Positions 33,659 to 42,643 of a stretch of DNA of 64,000 bases are shown here, one piece after another. Origin of the DNA: a virus (lineage: Duplodnaviria > Caudoviricetes); the IMG/VR virus record IMGVR_UViG_3300020576_006644, positions 1 through 64,000 of that record; one strand, 5' to 3'. Made by a program: the position numbers and the translations under genes. The notes under the pieces are model-generated. The model ran no database searches. It was not told where the DNA came from and was given only the letters and a program-made list of their open reading frames with translations. The stretch's first letter is position 1, and the number at the start of each line of letters is the position of its first letter.

Positions 33659-34468
33659 ATGCCCACCGCCTCCATTCTGGTCAACGCGCTGGCGACCCCG
33701 CGGGCGGTGCCGGTCAACTCCGTCGTCACCCTGTCCGAGGCTGCCGGTGGGTGGCTGAGCTACAACTGGACTCTGCTGGACCAGCCCGAGGGGGCGGCGG
33801 ACGCGCTGGTGGGCCCGACCACGGCCACCCCGACCATCACCCCCAAGAAGGAGGGAACCTACCTCATCCTCTTGGTGGTGAACGCCGGGACCAACACCGA
33901 GCAGCGGGTGATGGCTGTCTTCTACGTGCTGCGGCTGCTCGACGGGCGCCGCAACCCCGCCGCCGGCGAGACGCTTGAGCAGAACATGGTCCGCGGGTGG
34001 GCGGAGAACGTCAACCAGCAGCTCACCGACATATCGGACCTGCGCAAGGACGCCGGGCGCCAGGCCGGGGTCATCAACTTCAACGGCTCGGCGGCCAACA
34101 GCTCGGTCCTGTATGTCGCCGGGACCCAGCAGCTGCTCGCCACGCTCCCCGGCTCGTTCTACCTGCCGACCATGGGCAAGGCACTCGCGAACTCCGCCGC
34201 CACCCTGCACGGGGACCTGTACCTGCTCGACCGCGGGGTCATAAACCTCACGGCGCCGGTGGCAGGCGAGGTGATCTGGGCCCGCATCCACGGGGTGGCT
34301 TACAACGTGCCTATAGGCGGCACCACCTTCGGGGACCCCATCTACCTCTCCAACACCGGGCTCCTCGACACCGCTCCCGGCGCCACCTCCAGGCAGGTCG
34401 GCATCGTGGTGCAGGCGCGCCTTGGGGACTGCGACGTGGAGTTCGACGGTCACAGGCAGGGGTTCTGA
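33659..34468 (+). CDS. putative virion protein (PKD/Ig-like N-terminus)
   Basis: SYNWTLLDQPEG..PKKEGTYLILLVVN; C-terminal GDPIYLSNTG; TAGGAT 7 nt before the ATG. Confidence 0.6.
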   Translation: MPTASILVNALATPRAVPVNSVVTLSEAAGGWLSYNWTLLDQPEGAADALVGPTTATPTITPKKEGTYLILLVVNAGTNTEQRVMAVFYVLRLLDGRRNPAAGETLEQNMVRGWAENVNQQLTDISDLRKDAGRQAGVINFNGSAANSSVLYVAGTQQLLATLPGSFYLPTMGKALANSAATLHGDLYLLDRGVINLTAPVAGEVIWARIHGVAYNVPIGGTTFGDPIYLSNTGLLDTAPGATSRQVGIVVQARLGDCDVEFDGHRQGF

Positions 34469-34890
34469 TGCCCATCTTCCGCCGCATCGCTGTGCTGCAG
34501 CGCGCCAGCGCCCACCTGCCGCTGAACGCCCCTCCCGACCCGCGCCGCACCATCGAGGTCCGGGCTGGGGAGGACAGCGATTTCTACTTCGAGTTGCTCG
34601 ATGATGGCGGCACCCCGGTGCAGACCGTCACCGGCGACGCCGTGCAGATCACCGTACGACCGACCCCCACCGTCGACGATGAGCGCGTCTTTCGCATCGA
34701 CCTTGCCCCGGCACCGCTGGAGGGCCCCAACATCTGGCACCTGCTCCTGGCCGCCGAGCTGACCCGTCGGAAGTCGACGGAATTTACCCGCGGCTTCTAC
34801 GCTCTCACCCGCATAGCCAGCGACGGGAGACGCGACTACATCATCGAGACGAGCCCCTTCCGCCTCTTCGGTTCGCCCGGGGCCCGCTAG
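34468..34890 (+). CDS. putative virion protein (BppU-N-like)
   Basis: TGATG coupling; IEVRAGEDSDFYFELLDDGGTPV. Confidence 0.5.
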   Translation: MPIFRRIAVLQRASAHLPLNAPPDPRRTIEVRAGEDSDFYFELLDDGGTPVQTVTGDAVQITVRPTPTVDDERVFRIDLAPAPLEGPNIWHLLLAAELTRRKSTEFTRGFYALTRIASDGRRDYIIETSPFRLFGSPGAR

Positions 34891-35420
34891 TCCTCCTCGG
34901 GCTTGGGCCTCCGGTGCGCCCGCGGCTGGGTGGTTCCCCAGGGGCTCGCCAAGACCTTGGGCAGCTTCTCCCCGGGCTTTCTCGACATTCCGCGCTGGAA
35001 GGCCTCGACCGCCCGCAGCTCCAGCTGGCGAATCCTCTCGCGGGTGACGCCGAAAAAGGGCGACAGCGACCGCAGGATCATGGTCCGGTCCCCGGAGTCC
35101 ACGACCTCGGCCACGTCCAGCGCACAGCTGTAGGGGAGCTCGGCCGGGTCCTCGGCGGTCTGCCGCACCTCGGCTGTCTCGCAGTCGATGTCGACGAGCA
35201 AACTGTGGCGGCATGTCGCATAGCGACAAGGGCGGGCGGCGTTCTTGCCGCCGGGCATGCAGTCCGCCCTTGTCGTGGGTCGCCAAACAGGAAGCCGCCG
35301 CCGCGGCTTGGCGGCGGTAGGTGGCGGCGCTGGCGGAGCCCGGCGGCGGACCGGCCGGCGCGTGGACAGGCCGGACCGGCGAACGAGGATGATGACGTAG
35401 GAGGGCTCGGGCTCTTGCAT
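34887..35420 (-). CDS. sigma70 region-4-like HTH protein with Cys cluster
   Basis: RPTTRADC..RPC..C.H.L..SCALDVAE..GVTRERIRQLE. Confidence 0.75.
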   Translation of the reverse strand: MQEPEPSYVIILVRRSGLSTRRPVRRRAPPAPPPTAAKPRRRLPVWRPTTRADCMPGGKNAARPCRYATCRHSLLVDIDCETAEVRQTAEDPAELPYSCALDVAEVVDSGDRTMILRSLSPFFGVTRERIRQLELRAVEAFQRGMSRKPGEKLPKVLASPWGTTQPRAHRRPKPEED

Positions 35421-35474
35421 GAGCCCAGAGGATGCGATGCGCAGGCTGTAGGGTCAACGTGCGCGTGAGATGGC

Positions 35475-36419
35475 TTACCCGCGCGTGGTGCCCAGCGCCG
35501 CAGCCACGCGGCCCGGATCTACCATCTGCAGGAGCAGAGAGATTTTGTCAGTCACGGTCATTCCGCTAGAGAACTCTCGGGCCACCTCGGGGAAGTAGTC
35601 GATGCACAGCGCCACGAGATCTGAATCCCTGACCTGCTCAAGTCGCCTGCGAAGGGCAGGGCGGTCCAACCTAGCTATCGGGGCTGGCACCGGCGAAGGA
35701 TTGTCACCCGCGGGCTGCGCAAACGCCTCAGCCACGGGCTCAATAAAAAGCCGCTCAGCCGCAGCCGCCTTCTCGACGTGGCTTGCTTGCGCAAAGCTGG
35801 CCTCCAGGCGCCGCCACTGCACCGACACCTCGGGCTCCGCCAGCTCCTTGGCCGCCCGCGCCGGGTCGCTGACCGCGTAGGCTGGGATCAGGCTCCGCGG
35901 GCCGTGGGCCAGCCACAGGATGCGGCTGTTGCCGCGCTCCACCCAGATGCCGGACCAGTCAGCCCCGGTCACACCGTCGACCAGCTTGCCGTCATAGTCG
36001 TCGAGCACGTTCCCGGTGATCTGACACCGGGGCAGCTTAGCGGTCGACGAGGAGATGGCGGCCGGCTGCACCACCAAAAGCCCCTTCCAGGTCGAGCGCT
36101 GGGCGGGCCGCTCCTTGAGGTCCTTGACGAGCGCCCGCGTCTCCGCCAGATCCGGCTGGCCGTTGCGCAGGACCACCCACGGCATCCCGCGGACGATCCG
36201 GCTCACCGCTGCGCGGGCGTCGGAGTCACCGGCCAGTGCCCGCTCCACCTCGTCGGCCTTGGCACCGCCGCCCTTGCACTCGGCGATGATGGTGGCGGCG
36301 CGCCCGATGGGGATGCCGAGCGCCTCCCCCAGGTCCTTGGCGCCGACGTGCGCCGCGCCCTCCGGGGTCCAGCCCTGCTTCTCCCACGCCTCTTTCTCTT
36401 TTTCGTTCAGGTCGAGCAT
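35475..36419 (-). CDS. hypothetical protein with C-terminal EAD-like helical domain
   Basis: LRRRLEQVRDSDLVALCIDYFPEVAREFSSGMTVTDKISLLL; AAGGAG RBS. Confidence 0.6.
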   Translation of the reverse strand: MLDLNEKEKEAWEKQGWTPEGAAHVGAKDLGEALGIPIGRAATIIAECKGGGAKADEVERALAGDSDARAAVSRIVRGMPWVVLRNGQPDLAETRALVKDLKERPAQRSTWKGLLVVQPAAISSSTAKLPRCQITGNVLDDYDGKLVDGVTGADWSGIWVERGNSRILWLAHGPRSLIPAYAVSDPARAAKELAEPEVSVQWRRLEASFAQASHVEKAAAAERLFIEPVAEAFAQPAGDNPSPVPAPIARLDRPALRRRLEQVRDSDLVALCIDYFPEVAREFSSGMTVTDKISLLLQMVDPGRVAAALGTTRG

Positions 36420-36449
36420 CTGTGATCTCCTTGTGTGCGTTCAATAAAA

Positions 36450-36527
36450 CCCTTGGATTGGAGCGCCATGCCATACCCGGCCAAGCCTCGCCGGGCCGTA
36501 CGTAACCCAACAGCAGCCCACCTCAAC
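36450..36527 (-). ncRNA. orphan GGY-NN pentamer array 4
   Basis: Minus strand: 12 in-phase triplets (9 GGY), then TCC AA TCCAAGGG; directly downstream of TTGCGC-17-TAGGTA. Confidence 0.7.
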
Positions 36528-36558
36528 GATCTCTACCTACGCCGGGTGCAAGTAGCGC

Positions 36559-36580
36559 GCAATACCAGACGTTTGTTCAG
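36559..36580. promoter_or_regulatory. 22-bp operator repeat copy 9
   Basis: GCAATA-CCAGAC-GTTT-GTTCAG; contains the TGA of 36577-37074. Confidence 0.78.
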
Positions 36581-37074
36581 CGCGGAGCACGCTCCCCGAC
36601 CTCATCGACGGTCCACCGCGGGGCCTTGAGCGAACTGCCCTTAGCAAGGCGCACGATCAGAAACCTGTACGGGTGCATCTCGACGGCGATCTTGAGCTTC
36701 GCCCAGCTGTCGTCGCGGAGGAAACCCTTGACCTCGTGAAATTCGATGATACCAGCGACGGTGACGACCCTAAAATCGGGGACGTAGAACGTGGAGTCGG
36801 CGAGTCGCAGGTGCTCAGGGTGTGCGTCTACGCGCCGAAACTCGCCGATGCGCTGCCGCGCCTTCAGGTGCTCAAAGTACGCGGCCTCGGTCTTGTTCAG
36901 CTTCGAGGGGCGCTCGTAGGCGATCACAGGGGGCGCCTGCATGATCTCAGCGAGCGGTGCCGGCTCCTGCTTTCGCTGGGTAGGGCAGGGGCTGTGGACC
37001 GCCGCTCCGCTCAGCATCACCGTGCTGTCCCCGGTCTTGAACGGCTGACCGCACAGCCCGCAATGCGTGTTCAC
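36577..37074 (-). CDS. PD-(D/E)XK nuclease (DUF1064-like)
   Basis: NKTEAAY..FYVPDF..EFHEVKG. Confidence 0.75.
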   Translation of the reverse strand: MNTHCGLCGQPFKTGDSTVMLSGAAVHSPCPTQRKQEPAPLAEIMQAPPVIAYERPSKLNKTEAAYFEHLKARQRIGEFRRVDAHPEHLRLADSTFYVPDFRVVTVAGIIEFHEVKGFLRDDSWAKLKIAVEMHPYRFLIVRLAKGSSLKAPRWTVDEVGERAPR

Positions 37075-37442
37075 CGGCGCACCCCCAGCTTCCGGGTGAC
37101 GAGCCCCGACTGAAACAGCGTCAGGTCGTTGCGGATGACGGGGATGCCGAGCCGCTCGGCCTCGGCCAGTTCAGCCAGGGTCCCCTTGCTCGTCTCCCAC
37201 CCGGGGCAGGCGTAGACGACATCGCACCGCCTCATGAGCTCCAGCGTCCCGGCGTACATCCCGGCCTCGTCGATGCCGTTTTCGGCGGGGCCACCCAGCT
37301 TGTGCGGGATGACCGGGAAGACGTTCTTCCCGCAGGCGGCGAGCTGCACCCCGACCTCGCGGGCGATGCGGCAGTTCTCCTCGACGCCGGCTGGGGTGGG
37401 GGCCGTGTAGCGGCCGGCGACGTAGACCAAGATCATCTTCAT
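37071..37442 (-). CDS. DUF4406/DUF1937 (nucleoside deoxyribosyltransferase-like) protein
   Basis: VYVAGRY..PH..RCDVVYACPGWETSKGTLAELAEAERLGIPV. Confidence 0.75.
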   Translation of the reverse strand: MKMILVYVAGRYTAPTPAGVEENCRIAREVGVQLAACGKNVFPVIPHKLGGPAENGIDEAGMYAGTLELMRRCDVVYACPGWETSKGTLAELAEAERLGIPVIRNDLTLFQSGLVTRKLGVRR

Positions 37443-39127
37443 TTTTGGGCTCCGAGCTGGATGTGTTGATCGAAGGGTATCCCCCTCGACATCTTCTCGT
37501 CGTGCGAGAGAACAACCACCAAATTGTCCTTGGCTTCCTCGACGAGCAAAGCGGCTATCCCGTCAAGGCCTTCATCGTCTAAACCATTAAGCGCCTCGTC
37601 GATGACGAGGTAGGGCAGCGCCAGCCGGTTCCGGTCCGAAGCGGCCAGAACCTGCCGCCGGGCCAGCAGCAGAGCCAGGTCGACCCGCCGCAGCTGCCCG
37701 GTGGAGTAGCGCCCGACCTCCGCCATCTCCTCCGGGCCTTCGTCCGGCCGCGCGCCGAGCACCCGCGAGACCTCGCGGACCTTGCCGCCGGCGGTCTCCG
37801 AGGTCCTGGCGATCTGGATGCGGGAGCCCGGCCATGCCCGCGCCAGCTTGGCGTTGGCCAGCTGCTCGACCACCTGGAAGGCCCGCTCAAGGAGGCCGGC
37901 ACGAGCACCGCGGGGACCGAGCATCCGCTCGGCCAGCTCCAGCGCCTGCCGCTCCTCATCCGCCCGGGCGAGATCCTGCTCGACCAGCTCCAGCCCAACC
38001 CTGGTCTGCTCGACCTTCTCCCGCGCCTGCGCCTCGGTCGCCCCCAGCCGCTGCCGCTCCTCGGCCGTAGCGATGCGGCGGGTAAGGTCCTTGACGGCGG
38101 CGTCTGCGGCGTCCCAGCGGCGCCGGAGGTCGGCTATCTCGGCGCGCAACTCGGCGCCGCGGATCTCCTGGTCGGAGGCGGCGCGGGCGCGCAGGGCCTG
38201 GACCTCGACGGCGAGCTGGTCGCTCAGCCTGCCGGCCTCTTCCCGGCGGCTGAGGATCTCGGCGCGGGCGCGTGCTGCCTCTGCCGGGTCCCCGAGCGGC
38301 CGGCGGCAGGTCGGGCAGGTCCCGTCCCCGCAGCGGCGCAGCTCGTCCGAGGCCTGCTGCTCCCGATAGCGGGCGTCCCGCAGCTGCTGCTCGACCGCCT
38401 GCAGCTCTGGACACGCCACCGGCGTCCGCAGCTGCTGATCCAGCTGGGCGACCCGCTGGTGGAGCGCCGCTCGCCGGCTCTCCAGCTTGACGCACTCCCC
38501 GCGCAGCACCGCCGGGTCATCCGCGGTGTCCGGCAGCGCCAGCACCCGCTGCAGCTCCTGCTCGGCCAGCTCAAGGTCGCGAGTCGCTCCGCTGTGGCGC
38601 GCGGCGGCGACGCGGAGTTCCCCCGCTTCATGCGCCTTTTGCCTGAACCGGCAGAGTGTCAGTCCATCGTCGAAGCCGGCGAGCGTGGGGACGAGCAGCT
38701 CGGTCAGGCGCTTGCGCTCCGCGTCGGTCCCGCAGCTGTAGGCGCTCGGGTCGTCGTGGCGCCACACGAGTAGGTCCGCCCACAGCTCCGCCGGCCCGTA
38801 CCGCTCGACCATGTAGGCCTCGGCCTTGGTCGCCGAGTCGCAGTCCACCTTCTTACCGGCGAGCGCCAGCGCCACCCGCACCTGCTGCCCAGCCTTCCCG
38901 CGGGACCGGACCGCCCGCAGGTCTCCCAGCTCGAAGTCCACCTCGCCACCCTGGCGCAGCGCGTCCCCGCGCGAGCCGGTGTGGCCGAACATGGCCAGCA
39001 GCGGGGCGTCGGCCGCCATAGATGTCTTAGCGCAGCCGTTCGGCCCGGTTAGAAGCACCAGCCCGCGCTCCGGCAGCTCAAGGCTGCGCGTGACCTTCCC
39101 GCCGTAGTTTTTGACCTCAATTCGCAT
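37439..39127 (-). CDS. sbcC: SbcC/Rad50-like ATPase
   Basis: GPNGCAKT Walker A, CPTC Zn hook, YSTGQ signature, LVIDE Walker B, LSH. Confidence 0.88.
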   Translation of the reverse strand: MRIEVKNYGGKVTRSLELPERGLVLLTGPNGCAKTSMAADAPLLAMFGHTGSRGDALRQGGEVDFELGDLRAVRSRGKAGQQVRVALALAGKKVDCDSATKAEAYMVERYGPAELWADLLVWRHDDPSAYSCGTDAERKRLTELLVPTLAGFDDGLTLCRFRQKAHEAGELRVAAARHSGATRDLELAEQELQRVLALPDTADDPAVLRGECVKLESRRAALHQRVAQLDQQLRTPVACPELQAVEQQLRDARYREQQASDELRRCGDGTCPTCRRPLGDPAEAARARAEILSRREEAGRLSDQLAVEVQALRARAASDQEIRGAELRAEIADLRRRWDAADAAVKDLTRRIATAEERQRLGATEAQAREKVEQTRVGLELVEQDLARADEERQALELAERMLGPRGARAGLLERAFQVVEQLANAKLARAWPGSRIQIARTSETAGGKVREVSRVLGARPDEGPEEMAEVGRYSTGQLRRVDLALLLARRQVLAASDRNRLALPYLVIDEALNGLDDEGLDGIAALLVEEAKDNLVVVLSHDEKMSRGIPFDQHIQLGAQK

Positions 39128-39214
39128 CGAAGAAACCCATCCTGTACAGACCCCACATTCCCGCGAGGGTAGCCACGCCAGCACCCGTCAAGTAGCCGAG
39201 CCAAAAGTCATGGC

Positions 39215-40351
39215 TCACCGCAGGCACTCCAGAGCGATCTGCACCGCTCGAACCTTGACCGCCTGGCTCACCCCCGGCTGCGCCGACGCCCACTCCTGCA
39301 GCGCATCCTCGACCTGCACGGCCCCCTGGACTGCCTCCACCACCTCGGTCTGCTGCTTGACGGTGGAGACCAGCTCGGTCTTCCAGCCGACTACACCCTC
39401 CCACTCGGAGATAATCGTTTCCGCCTCGCGCTGTTCGGCTTCGCTCATACAGCGGATGCTGAAAAACAGATCACAAGCGTCCAGTTCTTCCCGCGTATTG
39501 AGGTAGGTGAAGCCCTCTTCCCCGCCGTATTCGACTCGCTTCAGCTCCGCTAAGTCCTCAGTAATGAAACGTGGCCCCGGTACGTCGTGAAACTCGGTGA
39601 TTCCGCCTCCGTCAAGCACACACAGCTTGCCGACCTCCGGCTGGTCGCCAAAGTTTGCCTGGCACAGTGCGCCCACTTGTACGATGTTGATAACCCCTAA
39701 CACGCCTTCATGAATTACGTGCTGGTGGAAGTCACCACTTGCGAACACACGTAAATTGCAGTTCTTGGGAGCTTTTAGGCCAAGCTCGAAAATCTGCTCC
39801 ACGCTAATGATGTTTCGCCCGCTGGTCAAAAACGGCGATGTGCCTGGACCAACGATGCCGACATGCCCCAGGATTGACCAGTCACCCTTCCCGGCGCGCT
39901 CCAGCAGCTCGGTGAAGTACTCCACCGGAGGGCGGGGTGAGAACGGCGCCAGGATCACCCCGTCTTCCAGGTAGGTCGGTTCGTCCACCACGATGCAGTT
40001 CTTGGTCCCGACGAGCGCAGCAAGGGCGTTGTTGCCGGGTTCGTCGCTGCTCCGGTCGTGGTTGCCGGGGATGACGTAGACCGGGACCGGAGATCCGGCG
40101 ATGGCGTCGGCCGCCACCCCGATCACCTCGGGACTCGGCTTGCCGGTGTTGAACAGGTCCCCGAGCACCGCCACCCGGTCGCAGCCGATCTTGCCGGCGA
40201 GCTGCAGCCCGCGAGCGAAGGTGTCCCCGACCAGTCGGCAACGGAGGTTCACCCCGGCGGTGACGGGTCCGCCAAGCACTCGGTGGTTTTCTAGATGTAC
40301 ATCGCTAAGGAGCGCGATCCGCAAGGTAGTATTCTCCCTTTTTGCGATCAA
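39215..40351 (-). CDS. sbcD: SbcD/Mre11-like metallophosphoesterase (start may be TTG 40324)
   Basis: SDVH, GDLF, GNHD, GH, GDFH motifs; adjacent to SbcC. Confidence 0.88.
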   Translation of the reverse strand: MIAKRENTTLRIALLSDVHLENHRVLGGPVTAGVNLRCRLVGDTFARGLQLAGKIGCDRVAVLGDLFNTGKPSPEVIGVAADAIAGSPVPVYVIPGNHDRSSDEPGNNALAALVGTKNCIVVDEPTYLEDGVILAPFSPRPPVEYFTELLERAGKGDWSILGHVGIVGPGTSPFLTSGRNIISVEQIFELGLKAPKNCNLRVFASGDFHQHVIHEGVLGVINIVQVGALCQANFGDQPEVGKLCVLDGGGITEFHDVPGPRFITEDLAELKRVEYGGEEGFTYLNTREELDACDLFFSIRCMSEAEQREAETIISEWEGVVGWKTELVSTVKQQTEVVEAVQGAVQVEDALQEWASAQPGVSQAVKVRAVQIALECLR

Positions 40352-41027
40352 ATTTTACTAAACCGGACGCATACATTTTAATTACTAACCTAAATGCAGA
40401 TTCGTGGGCTATTCGATGGGTAGAGCTGTTGCACTTCCATAGGTTTACAATCCTATTATCTTTTTTAATTCCATTAATGTGGTGTATAACTTCTTTCCTA
40501 TCTATGTATCTTCCTAAATACTCTTCCATAACCAAAATATGCTCATACACATAACCACTTCTATGCGCTCTAGGGTGTGAACGATCTAATATAGCGGTAT
40601 AGCCATTAGAATCAGTGCGTCCTCCCTTCCACTGTGTCGCCATCGACTTGTATTTCCCGAAAGCGGGATTTTTGCTACCTTTTTTTGCTAACGCACCTTT
40701 CGGGCATTTAGTGCCTAAGCGTGGGTTAGGATTGTTGGCGAAAAATTCTTTGACTCTAATGCTTTGGGCTGTTTTTTGTTCTTCAGTCCGTGGGCTTTTC
40801 CAACCTTTTGAATGACCCTTTATCCATATATTCCACACCCGTCCCCTTTTTGATACATTTGAACCACACCCACATTTACAAAGAGGAGGTGGACCAATAG
40901 ACGGATAACGATGTCCTCGCACAAAAAGTAAATAACCGGGAGACTTTTTATCTTTTGGCGTAAATTCACCACACCCGCATGCGCATAGGCGTGGTTCGTG
41001 TGATTTACGACGAGTAGAAGCTAACAT
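40305..41027 (-). mobile_element. free-standing HNH homing endonuclease
   Basis: AT-rich; YVYEHILVME..LGR..EVIHHINGIKKDNRIVNL; CxCGCG repeats. Confidence 0.85.
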
Positions 41028-41079
41028 TTGAAAAAATTACATTCACATTGAAAACCAATGCAAGCAAAAAGGGAGAAAA

Positions 41080-41225
41080 CGCCGCCGCGCGCCTTCCTGG
41101 GCTCCTGTCAGCCCTTTCCAGCGCAGGCGGCGAGTGTCAGAGGATCGGCGGTGATTCATGAGGGCCCAACTGAAAACCCCGTCCCGGTGCATCCACCGGG
41201 CACCACGCCCGCCGACCCCCTGACT
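41080..41225 (-). other. structured intergenic RNA / terminator candidate
   Basis: Minus-strand stem GTCAGGGGGTCGGCGG / CCGCCGATCCTCTGAC enclosing a hairpin, then a GC stem and T-tract. Confidence 0.4.
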
Positions 41226-41234
41226 GCAGGCCGG

Positions 41235-42113
41235 CTAGACGCCGACTGACATCTCCGGCGGCGGCGCGCCCTGCCACACCTTGACCTCGGCGTCCTTCTC
41301 CAGCTCGGCGACCATCATCCCGAACTCCTCAGTGATGAGCCGGTCGAGGTCGTGGATGTTCAGCTCGAAGAGGAAGGACCCGCCGACCTTGACGAGCTTG
41401 AGCCGCACCTCGACCTCGCGCTCCGGGCGGCCCTCGATGAGCGGCAGCCGGACCTTGAACCGCGGGTAGATGGTGGTCTTGGCGGTCGCGCCCTCCTTGA
41501 GCTGCGCCGTGAACAGCCGGGTCTTCGGGTCGCGGGAGACCTTGAGCACCCGGTTCTCCTCGATCTCCAGGTCGCTGGCCATGGCCAGGAGGTTCGCCGC
41601 CGTGGCGTCACCCGAGGGGACTACCCGGTCGGCCCAGTCGTCAATGAGGTCGGCGAACTCGTTCTGCCCGACCTGCTGGTTCCACAGCCGGACATCGGCA
41701 CTGCGGGCACAGGCGACGAACGCCCGGTGCCGGTTCCACCCCAGGCTCTCGGAATTCTCGCTGAAGTCCACGACGGTAGTGAAGCCGATGTCGCCGAGCC
41801 CCGAGGTCGGGGAGACGGCAAAGATCACCGTCCCCGGTAGCGCGAAGCGCTTGGTGAACTCGGCGAGGTCCTGCACGCGGGCGAGCTTGAGCGAGGCGCG
41901 GGCGACCAGCGGCCGCTTGTATGCCTTGCGCTCCGCGCTGGTCAGCTCCATGTGCCACTCCACGCCCCCGTGCCGGCCGATGGCCCGGACGATGGGCTCC
42001 TGCATCGAGGAGTCGATGTCCACGCGCTTGTCGATGGAGACGGAAAAGATGCCGGCATCGACCAGGGCCTTGGCCCCGGTCTCGGTCGTCTCGACGGTGT
42101 TGATCTGGGTCAT
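41235..42113 (-). CDS. DUF2303 (YfdQ-like) protein
   Basis: VVDFS..GWNRHRA..W..QNEFADLIDD..P.F...LPLIEG..VRL. Confidence 0.7.
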   Translation of the reverse strand: MTQINTVETTETGAKALVDAGIFSVSIDKRVDIDSSMQEPIVRAIGRHGGVEWHMELTSAERKAYKRPLVARASLKLARVQDLAEFTKRFALPGTVIFAVSPTSGLGDIGFTTVVDFSENSESLGWNRHRAFVACARSADVRLWNQQVGQNEFADLIDDWADRVVPSGDATAANLLAMASDLEIEENRVLKVSRDPKTRLFTAQLKEGATAKTTIYPRFKVRLPLIEGRPEREVEVRLKLVKVGGSFLFELNIHDLDRLITEEFGMMVAELEKDAEVKVWQGAPPPEMSVGV

Positions 42114-42153
42114 GCTGTCCTTGTTCGAAATGTTCTAGGGGTTGAGGTAGCGG

Positions 42154-42504
42154 CTACTCGCCGGCTTCGAGGCGGGAGACGCTGGCGAGCCGCCCGCCCT
42201 TCTTGGCGACCTTCTCGCCGAACACGGCGATCTTGCCGGTGGGGGCGAAGACCGAGACGATGGCGGCGGCGCCGGAGACCTTGGGCAGGGTGGCGTTGAA
42301 GCTGGTCGCGAGGTCCGCCCGCTCCTGCTCAAGGTTGGGGATGATGCCGATGGTGATGCTGACGCTGGCGGCGGCGTCCTGCTTCATGGCCATCTGCATG
42401 GCGAGCTCGATGCGCTCGTCGAGCTGCTGGCGGCGGTCGGGGGAAAGGGTGCGGAGCCACACAAGCGTGGCGCTGTCCTCGGGGATGTTCACTTCGGTGG
42501 GCAT
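42154..42504 (-). CDS. hypothetical protein (typical DUF2303 partner)
   Basis: 116 aa, ASVSITIGIIP; GAGGA RBS. Confidence 0.6.
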   Translation of the reverse strand: MPTEVNIPEDSATLVWLRTLSPDRRQQLDERIELAMQMAMKQDAAASVSITIGIIPNLEQERADLATSFNATLPKVSGAAAIVSVFAPTGKIAVFGEKVAKKGGRLASVSRLEAGE

Positions 42505-42643
42505 GGTTCCTCACTCGGATCGGCAAAAAGGCGCTCCCGAAGGAGCAGGAGAAGGGCAGCCGCGCCACCGGCGACCGGCAGGCGACAAGGAGGGAAACGC
42601 CACCCGGAGGCCCCTGGCGGCGCGGCTGCCCTAGGTGGAGATG

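Noticed and set aside
1883-34890. Tailocin / extracellular contractile injection system instead of a phage
   Set aside because: A complete phage-type replication arm and interleaved early genes are linked; head genes probably lie outside the window.
36600-36680. Array 4 decoding to the adjacent nuclease C-terminus (FLIVRLAKGSSLKAP)
   Set aside because: Few positions match and a gap is required; this is not distinguishable from chance by eye.
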